A DNA stretch of 64,000 nucleotides, taken from positions 1 to 64,000 of IMG/VR virus record IMGVR_UViG_3300023314_000001; one strand, given 5' to 3'. The position numbers were made by a program, and so were the translations under genes. The notes under the pieces are model-generated. The model searched no databases and was not told the origin of the DNA. It saw only the letters and a program-made list of their open reading frames with translations. The stretch comes from a virus. Positions 41,889 to 52,600 of this stretch are shown in pieces; the first letter of the stretch is position 1; each line of letters starts with the position of its first letter.

Positions 41889-44147
41889 ATGGCAACAGCG
41901 GGAGCATTAGAGAGAGACTTTTTCATCCTAGATGGTAAGACTCTAACAACAGGTGGTTCTTTAAATGTAACTAATGGCGTACTAGCCATTGTTAGTAACG
42001 ATAATAAAGAGCTTACACAAAACGGAAGAAAAGTTTACTCAACTTTCACAGGACAATCAAAAGATAAATCATTCGATTTGCTTGTAGGAGCGTTCGACAA
42101 ACCAGTGTCTCAATACACTACAAATAAAGCATATGAGAGCCAGACTTTCAGAATTGCAGATATTGAGGATATTAGAGTAGAGGTTCCAAATAGAACAGGT
42201 ATCGAAGTAGATGATTTTATCATAGGATACAATGGAAAACCAGGAACAGAAATTATAATAGGAGAAAGAACTTCTACAGGAATTGACATTACTCTTTGCG
42301 GAGATCCAATGTATAATTTAGGTTATAAAGAAGGTGAAACAACTATTAGATTAGATTTACAATATCCTTATCTTGACGATGACGGAGTATGTATTGATTG
42401 CGCCAATGGTGTAGTTACAATGCAAGAACTAGTTGAAAGAGCTGTGGCTGAATTTAACGCTACAAAATTATTGGGTGGTGTACCTGTAACAGATTATGTT
42501 GACGCATTAGTTGTTAATAGTCTAAACGGAGCATTAGAAGATACTGTTGATTATCAATATTACAATTTAACTTTATTTGATAATGGAGATTCAACAGCCT
42601 TGGCCAGAGTACAAGCACAATACCCACTTTATAAAGTTGTAAGAACGGATGAAGTTTCAGGTGATCAAACAGTTTATACTTTACAAGCTCCAGTGGGAAC
42701 ATCAATTCCTGCTTATACAACAAGTTTAGCTTCTAAAATTAAAGGATGTGATACTTGCCCAGCAGGATACACAGAAATTGCAGCAGGATTTGTTTATTCT
42801 ATTGCTTTAGAAGATGACGGAGCAAGTTTAGTAACTACAATTGATGATTTACCAGGATTTGTATCAGGCACAGCAGTTAAAATTGGTGGTTCAGTTGCAG
42901 GTGTAGGAACATACACAGTGGTGGTAACAGCAGAGTTAACAGACGCACAAATTACAACATTCAGAGCTATTTCTGCACCAGCTTCAACAGCGGTATTTGA
43001 TTTGGCAGGAGAAGTTCAAGCAGTTTGTTCTAATGCAACTACAGTTTCTACTGCGTGGGTATTAGGAGATATTTGTCAATCAACTACTAAAGCATATACA
43101 ATCACAATTGCAGATGATGAGTGTGGTGGAGATATTATAGCAGAATTACAAGAAGCTTATCCTGATTTAACAATTGCAATTGATACAGTTAATTTATCAA
43201 GAACAGCAACACTAACAGGTACTTCAGGGACAGCTACAATTACAATTGGCGGTATTCCTTATACAGCTACATTTGCTACAGATTTAGCTACTACAGCCGC
43301 TAACTTTATTACAGCTAATAAAGCCGCAATTGAATTAGCAACAGGAGGAACGATAACGTCTAGTGGAGCAACAATTATTTTAGTAGCGCCATCAGCAACA
43401 TATCCAGGATTCTCTATCGCAACAGCTACAGGCACATTGGCAGGTACAGTTGCAGCAGCAGTGGGATCAGGAGCACAAATAAGTTCTTTATGTCAAACTA
43501 CTTATAGAACTAATGTACCAACAAATATTGTTTGTGAAGAGTGTTCAGACGAGTTCAGAGCTCTATTTACAGCAGAAGCACCTAAAAACTACGGTTTAAA
43601 TGTTTGGGAAACAGCTATTGATGAGTACGATGCAGCAGCAAAAATGGGTATCCGTTTCAGAGGTAAACCTTTTACAATGTCAGGATCAGAAGAGTACAGA
43701 GATGATATGCCATTTTACGCAACTTCTACTCGTATTTCTGTAGCAGGTGGTCAAGCAACATACATTGCAGAGAACTGGGAATCAAGTAAATTTCCTTTCA
43801 AAGTAAAAGTATTATCTATTGCCGCAGATCCAGAAGCACTAGGAGGTTACTTATATAACAGAGAAGATCAGGCCAGATACAATTTAGATGGTGTTGAGAG
43901 ATTTGTAGGTAATAACTACGGTAAATGGTTATGGGGACAAGAGTCAAGACTTAGAGGTTTAGCTCAGTATATTCAATATACAATTACAATTAGACCTCAA
44001 TTCTATTACAAATTGCTACCACATTCTTCAGTTAAAACAAATCTTAATATTATTGTTGAAGTTGGCCGACAAGCCGCAGTAGAGACCCTTATTAACCAAC
44101 TTGCCTCAGCAGCTCAATTACACGCTGTACAAGCATTTGCAAAATAA
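41889..44147 (+). CDS. abundant virion protein candidate of unassigned role
   Basis: 752 aa, A/T/G-rich, ending at the strongest terminator in the window. Confidence 0.6.
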   Translation: MATAGALERDFFILDGKTLTTGGSLNVTNGVLAIVSNDNKELTQNGRKVYSTFTGQSKDKSFDLLVGAFDKPVSQYTTNKAYESQTFRIADIEDIRVEVPNRTGIEVDDFIIGYNGKPGTEIIIGERTSTGIDITLCGDPMYNLGYKEGETTIRLDLQYPYLDDDGVCIDCANGVVTMQELVERAVAEFNATKLLGGVPVTDYVDALVVNSLNGALEDTVDYQYYNLTLFDNGDSTALARVQAQYPLYKVVRTDEVSGDQTVYTLQAPVGTSIPAYTTSLASKIKGCDTCPAGYTEIAAGFVYSIALEDDGASLVTTIDDLPGFVSGTAVKIGGSVAGVGTYTVVVTAELTDAQITTFRAISAPASTAVFDLAGEVQAVCSNATTVSTAWVLGDICQSTTKAYTITIADDECGGDIIAELQEAYPDLTIAIDTVNLSRTATLTGTSGTATITIGGIPYTATFATDLATTAANFITANKAAIELATGGTITSSGATIILVAPSATYPGFSIATATGTLAGTVAAAVGSGAQISSLCQTTYRTNVPTNIVCEECSDEFRALFTAEAPKNYGLNVWETAIDEYDAAAKMGIRFRGKPFTMSGSEEYRDDMPFYATSTRISVAGGQATYIAENWESSKFPFKVKVLSIAADPEALGGYLYNREDQARYNLDGVERFVGNNYGKWLWGQESRLRGLAQYIQYTITIRPQFYYKLLPHSSVKTNLNIIVEVGRQAAVETLINQLASAAQLHAVQAFAK

Positions 44148-44169
44148 ATAATTTCCAATTAATGATCAA

Positions 44170-44204
44170 AGGAGAGAAGGCTAAAATTTTCTCTCCTTTT
44201 TTAT
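44170..44204 (+). terminator. rho-independent terminator
   Basis: AGGAGAGAA-10 nt-TTCTCTCCT forms a 9-bp stem, followed by TTTTTTAT. Confidence 0.85.
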
Positions 44205-44216
44205 AAAACCTACTCA

Positions 44217-44615
44217 ATGAATTGGATAGAAAATATAGTACTTTATTGGAAGGATTTTTCTTTAGTTGCACTACCTGTGGCCGCGTGGTTTACAGCAAAA
44301 AAGTCTAGAGACATTAAAGAAAAAACAGATGAAGTAAGTTTAGCGTCTCAAGTTGTAGATATCTACAAAAAGATGATTGATGATGTTACTAAGAGAGTTG
44401 AAAGTCTAGAAAAGTCTAATGCTGACTTGACTCACAAGTATGGCGAAATGCTTTTAAGAAATGCAATACTTGAAGAAAGAGCAGAATCCTATGAAGCTAA
44501 ATATAAAACTCTTGAGAAGGATTATACAAAATTAAAATCTGATCACGATAAACTCCACAAAGAAAATAAAGAAATCAGAAAAGAATTAGAAGAGATTAAA
44601 AACGGGAATATATGA
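44217..44615 (+). CDS. membrane-anchored coiled-coil protein (spanin or holin-accessory candidate)
   Basis: N-terminal hydrophobic helix FSLVALPVAAWF followed by about 100 aa of K/E-rich coiled coil, upstream of the endolysin. Confidence 0.5.
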   Translation: MNWIENIVLYWKDFSLVALPVAAWFTAKKSRDIKEKTDEVSLASQVVDIYKKMIDDVTKRVESLEKSNADLTHKYGEMLLRNAILEERAESYEAKYKTLEKDYTKLKSDHDKLHKENKEIRKELEEIKNGNI

Positions 44616-44866
44616 AACTAATAGATGACACTCTAAAAAATAAAGATGGGATTTGGTCTAGAAAAAGCCTAACCATCCTAGTCACTTTTATTTTTGTATT
44701 ATTGTTAGGGACTTTCATTGTAATTTCAGATAAAATTTTACAGAAAGAAGTGAATCACTATGCAATAGATGTCTTTAATTCTTTACTTTTATTTTTAACA
44801 GCATTATTAGGAATAACGGAAGTTAGTAAGAAGATATTAAATAAGGAAATACCAGCAGAAGAATGA
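44612..44866 (+). CDS. holin candidate (two TM helices)
   Basis: 84 aa with two hydrophobic segments, LTILVTFIFVLLLGTFIVI and LLLFLTALLGI. It has 4-nt overlaps with both neighbours. Confidence 0.55.
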   Translation: MKLIDDTLKNKDGIWSRKSLTILVTFIFVLLLGTFIVISDKILQKEVNHYAIDVFNSLLLFLTALLGITEVSKKILNKEIPAEE

Positions 44867-45384
44867 TAAAAGAAGAGGATTATAAAAAATTAGCAGTAGA
44901 ATTTGATGTTCCTGCTACTAACATTAAAAAAGTTGTTAAAGTAGAATCGGGCGGTCAAGGGTTTTCAAAAGAAACAGGAAAGATTATTATTCAATTTGAA
45001 CCCTCCTGGTTTAAGAGAAAGGCACCTTATACACCAAGTGGATTATGGAGTTTAAATAAAGTAGAAAAACAAACAGCTGAGTGGATTGCATTTAATGATG
45101 CTTTTTCTAAAAACAAAGAAGCGGCAATGGAATCAACTTCTGTGGGGTTGATGCAAGTGATGGGATTTCATTATAAATTATTAGGATTTAAAACAGTTGG
45201 GGACATGTGGGATTATGCAAAAGAATCTGAGTTAAATCAATTAAGATTAGGTCTTAGATTTATAAAATCAAATACAAAAATGTACAAAGCTTTAAAATTA
45301 AGTGACTGGGAAACATTTGCTTATTATTATAATGGAGCACAATATAAAAAATTCGATTACGCAAACAGATTAGCAAAAGCATAA
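44863..45384 (+). CDS. endolysin, N-acetylmuramidase (PF11860/DUF3380-type)
   Basis: VKVESGGQGF ... IIIQFEPSWF ... SVGLMQVMGFHYKLLGF ... DWETFAYYYNG closely follows the family signature (VEs.g.GF ... ilFE.h.F ... sWGlfQimGfn ... dW..fA..YNG). Confidence 0.9.
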   Translation: MIKEEDYKKLAVEFDVPATNIKKVVKVESGGQGFSKETGKIIIQFEPSWFKRKAPYTPSGLWSLNKVEKQTAEWIAFNDAFSKNKEAAMESTSVGLMQVMGFHYKLLGFKTVGDMWDYAKESELNQLRLGLRFIKSNTKMYKALKLSDWETFAYYYNGAQYKKFDYANRLAKA

Positions 45385-45395
45385 AAAATAAAACA

Positions 45396-45557
45396 ATGAA
45401 CGAATACATAGCATTAGGGATTATAGCATTAATATTTGCAACATTAATTATTATATTTAAAAACAAAAAAACTAAAAAAGTAGATGATAAACCTAAATCG
45501 GCTGATACAGGCTTACCAACGCCTCCTAAACCACCTAAAGACAAAGAGCCAGATTAG
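45396..45557 (+). CDS. small membrane protein with Pro/Lys-rich tail (53 aa; spanin-like candidate)
   Basis: Hand translation gives MNEYIALGIIALIFATLIIIFKNKKTKKVDDKPKSADTGLPTPPKPPKDKEPD. Confidence 0.45.
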   Translation: MNEYIALGIIALIFATLIIIFKNKKTKKVDDKPKSADTGLPTPPKPPKDKEPD

Positions 45558-45915
45558 TTTATTAATTTTATCTTTGATCACCCTAGTCTCCTGTAAACAA
45601 ATAAGTGGATATCTCTGTGGACATAATATAGAAGTTTGGTATGAGTACTTTGTGATAGTGGAGAGAATTTCAATGCTGTTTTTATTATTAAGTGTTTTTA
45701 AATCCATCAGAGATAAATACTGGTTACTATCAGAATTAATACTCTTATTTTTACTGCAAGATATTATAGACAGATTATTTTTTGATATTAAGCATGTAAC
45801 TATAAATGACTACATAACAGTGAACCTTCTTTTTATAATTTCAGCAATAAAATATATAAACAAAATTAAAAACAAAAATAATGACAATAGTAGAACAAAT
45901 AAACAGACTATATAA
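45484..45915 (+). CDS. multi-pass membrane protein with a lipobox-like LVSC (start uncertain)
   Basis: SLLILSLITLVSCKQ resembles a lipoprotein signal, and hydrophobic segments follow. The listed ATG overlaps the preceding small ORF in another frame. Confidence 0.4.
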   Translation: MINLNRLIQAYQRLLNHLKTKSQISLLILSLITLVSCKQISGYLCGHNIEVWYEYFVIVERISMLFLLLSVFKSIRDKYWLLSELILLFLLQDIIDRLFFDIKHVTINDYITVNLLFIISAIKYINKIKNKNNDNSRTNKQTI

Positions 45916-46171
45916 TTATAATTCTGCAAGCAAACTAAAAAAACTGTTTACTGATTTATATAATAGTGTTTCAAAACCTTCAGCTACAATAGATAAAATA
46001 ACACCTACAACTAATCTTCCAGCAGTACCTGCAACATTTGCAGATTTACCAGCAGCAAGAACAGCAGTAGATGCACAAAGAACAGCTGTAGAAATTAGGT
46101 TAGATAATGCAGAGGCTAAGATAGATGAAATAATTACAAAATTAAAAGCTTCTGGCACAATTTCAGAATAA
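45881..46171 (+). CDS. hypothetical structural protein
   Basis: 96-aa ORF. Confidence 0.5.
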   Translation: MTIVEQINRLYNYNSASKLKKLFTDLYNSVSKPSATIDKITPTTNLPAVPATFADLPAARTAVDAQRTAVEIRLDNAEAKIDEIITKLKASGTISE

Positions 46172-46173
46172 AC

Positions 46174-46743
46174 ATGGACAATTATAAATTTTATAGAAAA
46201 GACAATTACATAGTTCTTTCAAATGAGTTTACTAAAGAAACTTTCTATGGATTTGTAAAAGAAGTTCTAGTAGGTAAGTCTAACTTAAATAAGCCTCACT
46301 ATAGATTCTTTAATATTAAAGATTGGAATAGTGATACACCTTTATTAATTACACAACTTTTAGAAGAAGATGGAAGTCCTTACACTCAAATTGATTTTGA
46401 AGAATTCTATAGACAGAATACTGGAAATTTTAATGGGGGCGGGACAGCCCCAGGAGTTCAGTCTGTTACAGGCACAGGAGTAGATAATACAGATCCATCA
46501 AATCCTGTAATAGTGTTAACACGAAATCAAGGGATGCAAAACATAATTTTAGACGGAGCTTCCACAGTCTACAGTATTCCTCATGGATTAGGGGTTTTAC
46601 CCGTATTTGCGTATGCAGGAAGAGGAGATTCTACAAACTTTGATGTTTTTAATACAACTTGGAATACTACAAATATAATAATAACTTATGAAAATCCTCC
46701 ATTATCAGGGAGTTTAGAAATTAACTGGATAGCACTTAAATAA
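46174..46743 (+). CDS. tail fibre-associated protein candidate
   Basis: 189-aa ORF with the Gly-rich linker GGGTAPGVQSVTGTG. Confidence 0.55.
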   Translation: MDNYKFYRKDNYIVLSNEFTKETFYGFVKEVLVGKSNLNKPHYRFFNIKDWNSDTPLLITQLLEEDGSPYTQIDFEEFYRQNTGNFNGGGTAPGVQSVTGTGVDNTDPSNPVIVLTRNQGMQNIILDGASTVYSIPHGLGVLPVFAYAGRGDSTNFDVFNTTWNTTNIIITYENPPLSGSLEINWIALK

Positions 46744-46766
46744 CTTAAATAAATATAATTTTTTAA

Positions 46767-48473
46767 ATGGCATACTCTATAATCTCAGTAGAGAATTTAG
46801 TAGAATTAAAGACAAGACGTGGTAATTCAACAAATACCACAATGGCAACAGTTTTAGGACTAAATTATCCAACAGTGGAGGCTTTTGCAGTGTATGTTTG
46901 GGATAATTTATCTACCGCAACACCAGATGATAGCCAAATAGTACAACCAACAGTTAATGGAATCCCCACAGGAAGATGGTTTAAAGTAGACATTGGAATA
47001 GATACCGCTTTAATTATTGCAGCTTTAGGATATGTCCCTTACGATGCTTCTAACCCACTAGGTTTTATTTCATCGTTTATAGAAACAGATCCGATTTGGA
47101 CAGGTGTGGCAAGTAACTATAGAACAAAAGCTCAGAATGATTTATTATATGAACCCATATTTTCAAAAAATACTGCGTTCAATAAGAATTTTGGGATAAC
47201 GGCAGGAACAACAACTGAGGGAAATGATTCGAGAATATTAAACGGCCAAACAGCTTTTGGATGGGGAAATCACTCAGGATTATACCCTCTAATTTCAGGA
47301 GCTTATTCTGACCCAATCTGGATTGTAAACTTAGCTTATAGTAAATTAACAGGAGCACCAACAATTCCAACTAATAATAATCAGCTAGTAAATGGAAATG
47401 GATATATAACACAATCTTCCACTAATACATTGACTAATAAAAGTGGAAATATATCTCAGTGGACAAACGATAGTGTATATTTAACCAGCGTACCCGCTCA
47501 ATCTTTTAGCAGTTTGACAGGAAAACCAACGACAATATCGGGATATGGTATAACAGATTTTAATAGTTTAGGAGATTCAAGATGGAGTTTATTAGGTCAC
47601 ACTCATTCATTTTCTTCACTAACTTCTAAACCAACAACATTAAGTGGATATGCAATAACAGATGCTTACCCTTTAACAGGAAATCCAAGTAGTTTCTTAA
47701 CTGGAATAACTTCTGGGCAAGTGACAACAGCATTAGGCTATACACCTGTACCAGACAATAGGACAATAAACGGAGTTACATTAACTTCAAATATATTACT
47801 TACTAAATCAGATATAGGATTAGGTAATATAGACAACACGTCTGATTTAAATAAACCAATAAGTACAACCACACAAACAGCATTAAATGCCAAACAAAAC
47901 ACTTTAGTAAGCGGTACAAATATTAAAACTGTAAACGGTAATACACTTCTAGGTTCAGGAGATTTAACTGTAGGTAATACTTACACAGCAGGTACAGGAA
48001 TATCTATAGTAAGCAACGTAGTAACAAATACTATTCCTGATCAAACAGTAATATTAACCGCAGGAAATAGAATATCAATAACAGGCACTTATCCAAATTT
48101 TACAATAGGTTATATTGAGCCAAATATAAATATAATAACAAGTAAGACATTAAACAGTAATTTCACTATAAGTTCTACAAAACAAGCAGTTGTTAGTTAC
48201 ACTTTAACAGTTACGGTGACAAATCCACTTTTAGCAGGAAGCTCAACAGCGAATGTATTTTTAGAGTATTCAACTAATGGAGGAACGACTTGGCTTTTAC
48301 CATCACAAAATGGAAATCTAAGTTCTGTGGCATTAGCAGTAGCGGTAGCAATAACCAGTGGACAAACAAGCACAGTAAACGGAATTATACCAGCAAACGC
48401 TTTAGTGAGATTGAGAACAACAACAACAGGAACAGCATCAGTAACTTATGTAACTGGTACAGAAATATACTAA
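46767..48473 (+). CDS. tail fibre protein
   Basis: Two copies of the phage tail-fibre repeat, SLTGKPTTISGYGITD and SLTSKPTTLSGYAITD, in a T/S/N/G-rich sequence. Confidence 0.8.
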   Translation: MAYSIISVENLVELKTRRGNSTNTTMATVLGLNYPTVEAFAVYVWDNLSTATPDDSQIVQPTVNGIPTGRWFKVDIGIDTALIIAALGYVPYDASNPLGFISSFIETDPIWTGVASNYRTKAQNDLLYEPIFSKNTAFNKNFGITAGTTTEGNDSRILNGQTAFGWGNHSGLYPLISGAYSDPIWIVNLAYSKLTGAPTIPTNNNQLVNGNGYITQSSTNTLTNKSGNISQWTNDSVYLTSVPAQSFSSLTGKPTTISGYGITDFNSLGDSRWSLLGHTHSFSSLTSKPTTLSGYAITDAYPLTGNPSSFLTGITSGQVTTALGYTPVPDNRTINGVTLTSNILLTKSDIGLGNIDNTSDLNKPISTTTQTALNAKQNTLVSGTNIKTVNGNTLLGSGDLTVGNTYTAGTGISIVSNVVTNTIPDQTVILTAGNRISITGTYPNFTIGYIEPNINIITSKTLNSNFTISSTKQAVVSYTLTVTVTNPLLAGSSTANVFLEYSTNGGTTWLLPSQNGNLSSVALAVAVAITSGQTSTVNGIIPANALVRLRTTTTGTASVTYVTGTEIY

Positions 48474-48474
48474 A

Positions 48475-49008
48475 ATGGAAACAGTAGGTAAAATACATAT
48501 AGATTTTGAAGTTTTTGAAACAGGTAATGCAAAAATTTTATCCGTAGCCGATACAAGCGATTGGCTATATGCGGAAAATAAACCAAGTTACATATCAATA
48601 AAAATTCCAGGCTCTTCAAAATACAAAACAGTTTCTTTTAAAAAGTGGGCGGTAAATAATTTTAACTCTCATAATTTAGGAATATCATGTTTAAAAGGTG
48701 ATTGTACAAAAGAAACTTATGTAAACTTACCTGATGGCATTTACACCATTAAATTACTTAGCGGGTATGAAGATATAGAGAAAGAGAAATATTACCTTAA
48801 AACAGATGAAATAGACTTAGAAATAGCAAAGTCACTAACTCAAATAGGCTTTGATTTTACAGATCAAACAGAAAAACAAATAAAACCTTTTCAAAAAATA
48901 GATCAATTTTTATCTGTTGCTAAATCATGGACTAAATTAGGAGATTTTGTCAAGGCTGACAGATATTTTCAAGAAGCTAGTTCCCTATTTGATAAACAAA
49001 AATGCTAA
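48475..49008 (+). CDS. hypothetical structural protein
   Basis: 177-aa ORF. Confidence 0.6.
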   Translation: METVGKIHIDFEVFETGNAKILSVADTSDWLYAENKPSYISIKIPGSSKYKTVSFKKWAVNNFNSHNLGISCLKGDCTKETYVNLPDGIYTIKLLSGYEDIEKEKYYLKTDEIDLEIAKSLTQIGFDFTDQTEKQIKPFQKIDQFLSVAKSWTKLGDFVKADRYFQEASSLFDKQKC

Positions 49009-49009
49009 T

Positions 49010-49321
49010 ATGACAACTCTGCAAAAAATAAAAAATTTAATTTGGTTCAATCAACCTGAAAAACTAAAACCAATCCTTTTAGATTTATATAACAGGTCAG
49101 AAGGGTCTAAGTTAACGCAAGATGAAATAGATGCTTTGGATAATTCAAATTCTCCTAGTGAACTAAATCCATTTGCAACTATTAGTGAAGTTTACAATAT
49201 ATTAAACGGCACAAGTATTACCTTACCTACTTTCGCAGATAATGCTTCAGCAATATTAGGAGGTTTAGAAACAAGTAGGTGGTATAAAACTCCAGCAGGT
49301 GATTTAAAAACAGTAGTGTAA
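49010..49321 (+). CDS. hypothetical protein (start moved from 48947 to the ATG at 49010)
   Basis: The in-frame ATG (MTTLQKIK) sits 1 nt after the upstream stop. The listed start would overlap by 62 nt. Confidence 0.55.
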   Translation: MTTLQKIKNLIWFNQPEKLKPILLDLYNRSEGSKLTQDEIDALDNSNSPSELNPFATISEVYNILNGTSITLPTFADNASAILGGLETSRWYKTPAGDLKTVV

Positions 49322-49656
49322 TGGGACAAGAAAGTTTAGAAAAAATAAATATTGTAAATTACTTATTACAATGGGAACAAAACCTACTAGAAGAAAATGA
49401 TAAACAGTATTTGAAAGATCATTTTATGTTAGGGGAAGGCGCAAATAAGGATAAGCTAGCATTTTATAGACTATATATAAAAACTTTTTCAATGAAAAAT
49501 TGTGAATTGTCAGAATGGGTTTGGAAAAAAATAAATGGTACTTTAGGGAATCCTAAGAGGTGTGATATGGAAAAAATAAAACTATTTAGAGAATGTTGTC
49601 CAAAAAACGTAACAAATATATATAATAACTACGACTGGAAAAGTACGGAGTGGTAA
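49321..49656 (+). CDS. hypothetical protein
   Basis: 111-aa ORF. Confidence 0.55.
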   Translation: MGQESLEKINIVNYLLQWEQNLLEENDKQYLKDHFMLGEGANKDKLAFYRLYIKTFSMKNCELSEWVWKKINGTLGNPKRCDMEKIKLFRECCPKNVTNIYNNYDWKSTEW

Positions 49657-49665
49657 AAATAAAAA

Positions 49666-52600
49666 ATGGCAAAAGAAGTTAAAAATTACAAATTAAAAGC
49701 TCTACCAACGAAACCGATTCCCGATGCTATATTATACATAAAGGCAGACGGAGATTCAGCTATTTCTACGTATATAACAGATATAAATGGAATACCTTAC
49801 CCTTTAAAGGATGATGCTTCATCAGGGGGGGTACAAAGTGTTTTTAATATAGATGGTACTATATCTGTAATAGGCACAACCGATGTTAAAGTTAGTATTC
49901 AATCTAGTATTTTAAGCACAATAAACTCCGCATTACAACCAGGAGATTTACCAAATACAAAAGCTGAATTTAATTCTCAATTATCTGATGGAGATTTCTT
50001 ATTTGTCGGAGATGTAATACCATATACGGATGAAGAAGCACAGAATGCTGTAGGTAATATATTTATAGATAGTAATACGATTGATATAACTTATGATGAT
50101 TTAACTCCAAGTATATCTGCAATTGTAAAACCAAATTCAATAACACCAACTGAGTTAGCAGATAATATAAACTTAACAGAGTTTGTAAATAATGCGGGTT
50201 TTGAAAATACATCTCAATTAAATACAAGGGACACTAATAATAGAAATAGAGCTAATCATACAGGAACACAAGCTATTTCAACAGTTGTTAATTTACAGAG
50301 CTCTTTAGATTCTAAGTTAGATAAAGGAGGATACATTGGCACAGCCCAAACATTATCTGATGCAATTGATGCAATTTTTGTTCCAGATCAATTAATTTCG
50401 GCTATAGCTCCTACAAGATCAGTAAATACTTTTACCTACCCAGCTTTAGGGTATACAGCTTTAATTAACAAGACTCTGAGAACAAATCCTGCTCAGTTTG
50501 TTACAACTATTACGGCTACTTCAACGACTAATCATAAAAGAGTTGATTTGATTTATTTTAAGTCAAACAATACCTTAGATAAACTTATCGGCACTGAGGA
50601 TTTAATTAGTGCGCCAAGACCAGATGTACCCGCAGGATCAGTTGGTGTCTCATTTATAAATGTTTTTGGAAATGTAATTGAAACCCCTACGCCAATTACA
50701 AATGAAATTTCGATTCAAGATACATTAGGAGTTGAGAAATTTACAATAACAGATTACATTAGATTTAGAGGAGTTGGGTTTGACCTTAGTACAAAACAAA
50801 TAAATATAGAGTCGTTGGTACCGTTTACCGTGTTTATAGACACTGTTAATGGCGATGACTTTACTGGACAAATAGAAAATAAGTCAAGACCATTTAAAAC
50901 GGATTCGGCTGCATATAATTCCCTCCCAACAGATGACGGAACAGACTGGACTATATCTTATATAGATTTAAATGTTACACGACAAATGTCAGTAATACCT
51001 AATAGGAATATAATAATAGAATGTAACAACACAGGTATATTTGATTTCTCAGGAATATCTAGTGGATTTATATCCAGTATGTCGTCAGATAAAAAGTTTA
51101 CATTTAATGCCCCTAATTGTGAATTTAGATTTATAAATAACGCTCTATCCAGCGCTGTTTATTTTACCAGTGGAATTTTAGAATTAAATATTAATTGTAC
51201 GTTATTAAACATACAAGCGAATGGTGTGTTTGATGGTAATTTCTTTGTAAGCAGTAAAACAAGTATAGAGATCTCTACAATTAGAATGAATTATGTTGCT
51301 AAATTGTTTTGTCCCTTAAATTCAAGTTCGGTTCTGGATGCAAATATTGATAGATTAGAGATTTTCAAAGGAACACTTTCTTTGTTTTATAATAATTATA
51401 TAGTTATAAACACTTTATATTCTACAATTACTGGCAGAAGTTTAATATATAATCAATTTTCACCCAGTATGTTTGATATCACGGTAAGAGGTATAGATCA
51501 AAACAGTTCTGGGGAATTATATTTTGTTAGTGGAGTTGGTACAGGAGTGTTAAAACTATATGATTTTAAAATTCCAAATCTTTTAGACTTAATATGTACA
51601 GGTAAGAATTTTTATACTGAGGGTAATTTAACTACTGATTCTAAGCCAATAACAATAATAGATGGAGCATGTAATTTTAAACTAAGAAATTTTAGCGGAA
51701 AATTACCCCTACTTCAATTTAGTGTCGATACATCAGTTGTATGGGTACTGGAAAATAGTGTGATAAATGTGCCTGCTACTTTTATAGATGCTCAAAATAT
51801 TCCAAACAAAGGTGATATTGATTTTAAAATTTTTAATTCGGTTATTACACAAGATACACCTTCTCAAATATTTAAAAATGTAAACTCGACAGGAAATAAT
51901 TTTAAAATTACTCAAACAGGATCATTTGCTACAAATGCAACTTCCATAGGTAGAAATGTAAGTTTGATATTTTCTAGTTTAACTTTCAAAGAGAAAAAAA
52001 ATGAAATAATAGTTAGAGACAAAATAGATATTATAAATAAGGTATTAAGTTCGTCTATAAAATATATTATAGACGGGGATTTAGTATTGGTTTCTGGGGA
52101 ATACATCCAAGTTCCAATTACAGGTTTAGATTTAGGGGGCTATGGATTTGATACCTCCTCAATTAGTAAAAACATATCGGGACAAAGCATTTTTATAAGT
52201 CCTGCTGGTAATAGTGGGAATTTTGTCACCAAGGATATTTCATATTTTCCAGGACAAGGAACGGTATTTAATCTAGTGGACTCAAATGGTACTCACGCAA
52301 TAGAGCTGAATGACGTTAATTTTCAGGGCGTGTCAGGGTCTTCTTTAGGCACTTTAAGTGGGTATAGACAATTTACAGGAACAACATGTGGGTTTTACGG
52401 ATTGTCAGACGGAATGACGTTAGAAGGAAATTGGAGTGGTTTTAAATTAACAAATAGTAATATTATTGGTTTTGGTTCATCTGGAACATTATTTAAAAAA
52501 GGCACAAGTACTCTGTTTTCAAATAGATTTTATATAGACTTGAATATACAGATTTCAACAGGGTCGGTTATTTGTGATTTTTTAGATATTAATTTTACAA

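Noticed and set aside
48947-49009. Listed start at 48947, giving a 62-nt overlap with 48475..49008.
   Set aside because: An in-frame ATG at 49010, 1 nt after the upstream stop, fits the compact gene packing better.
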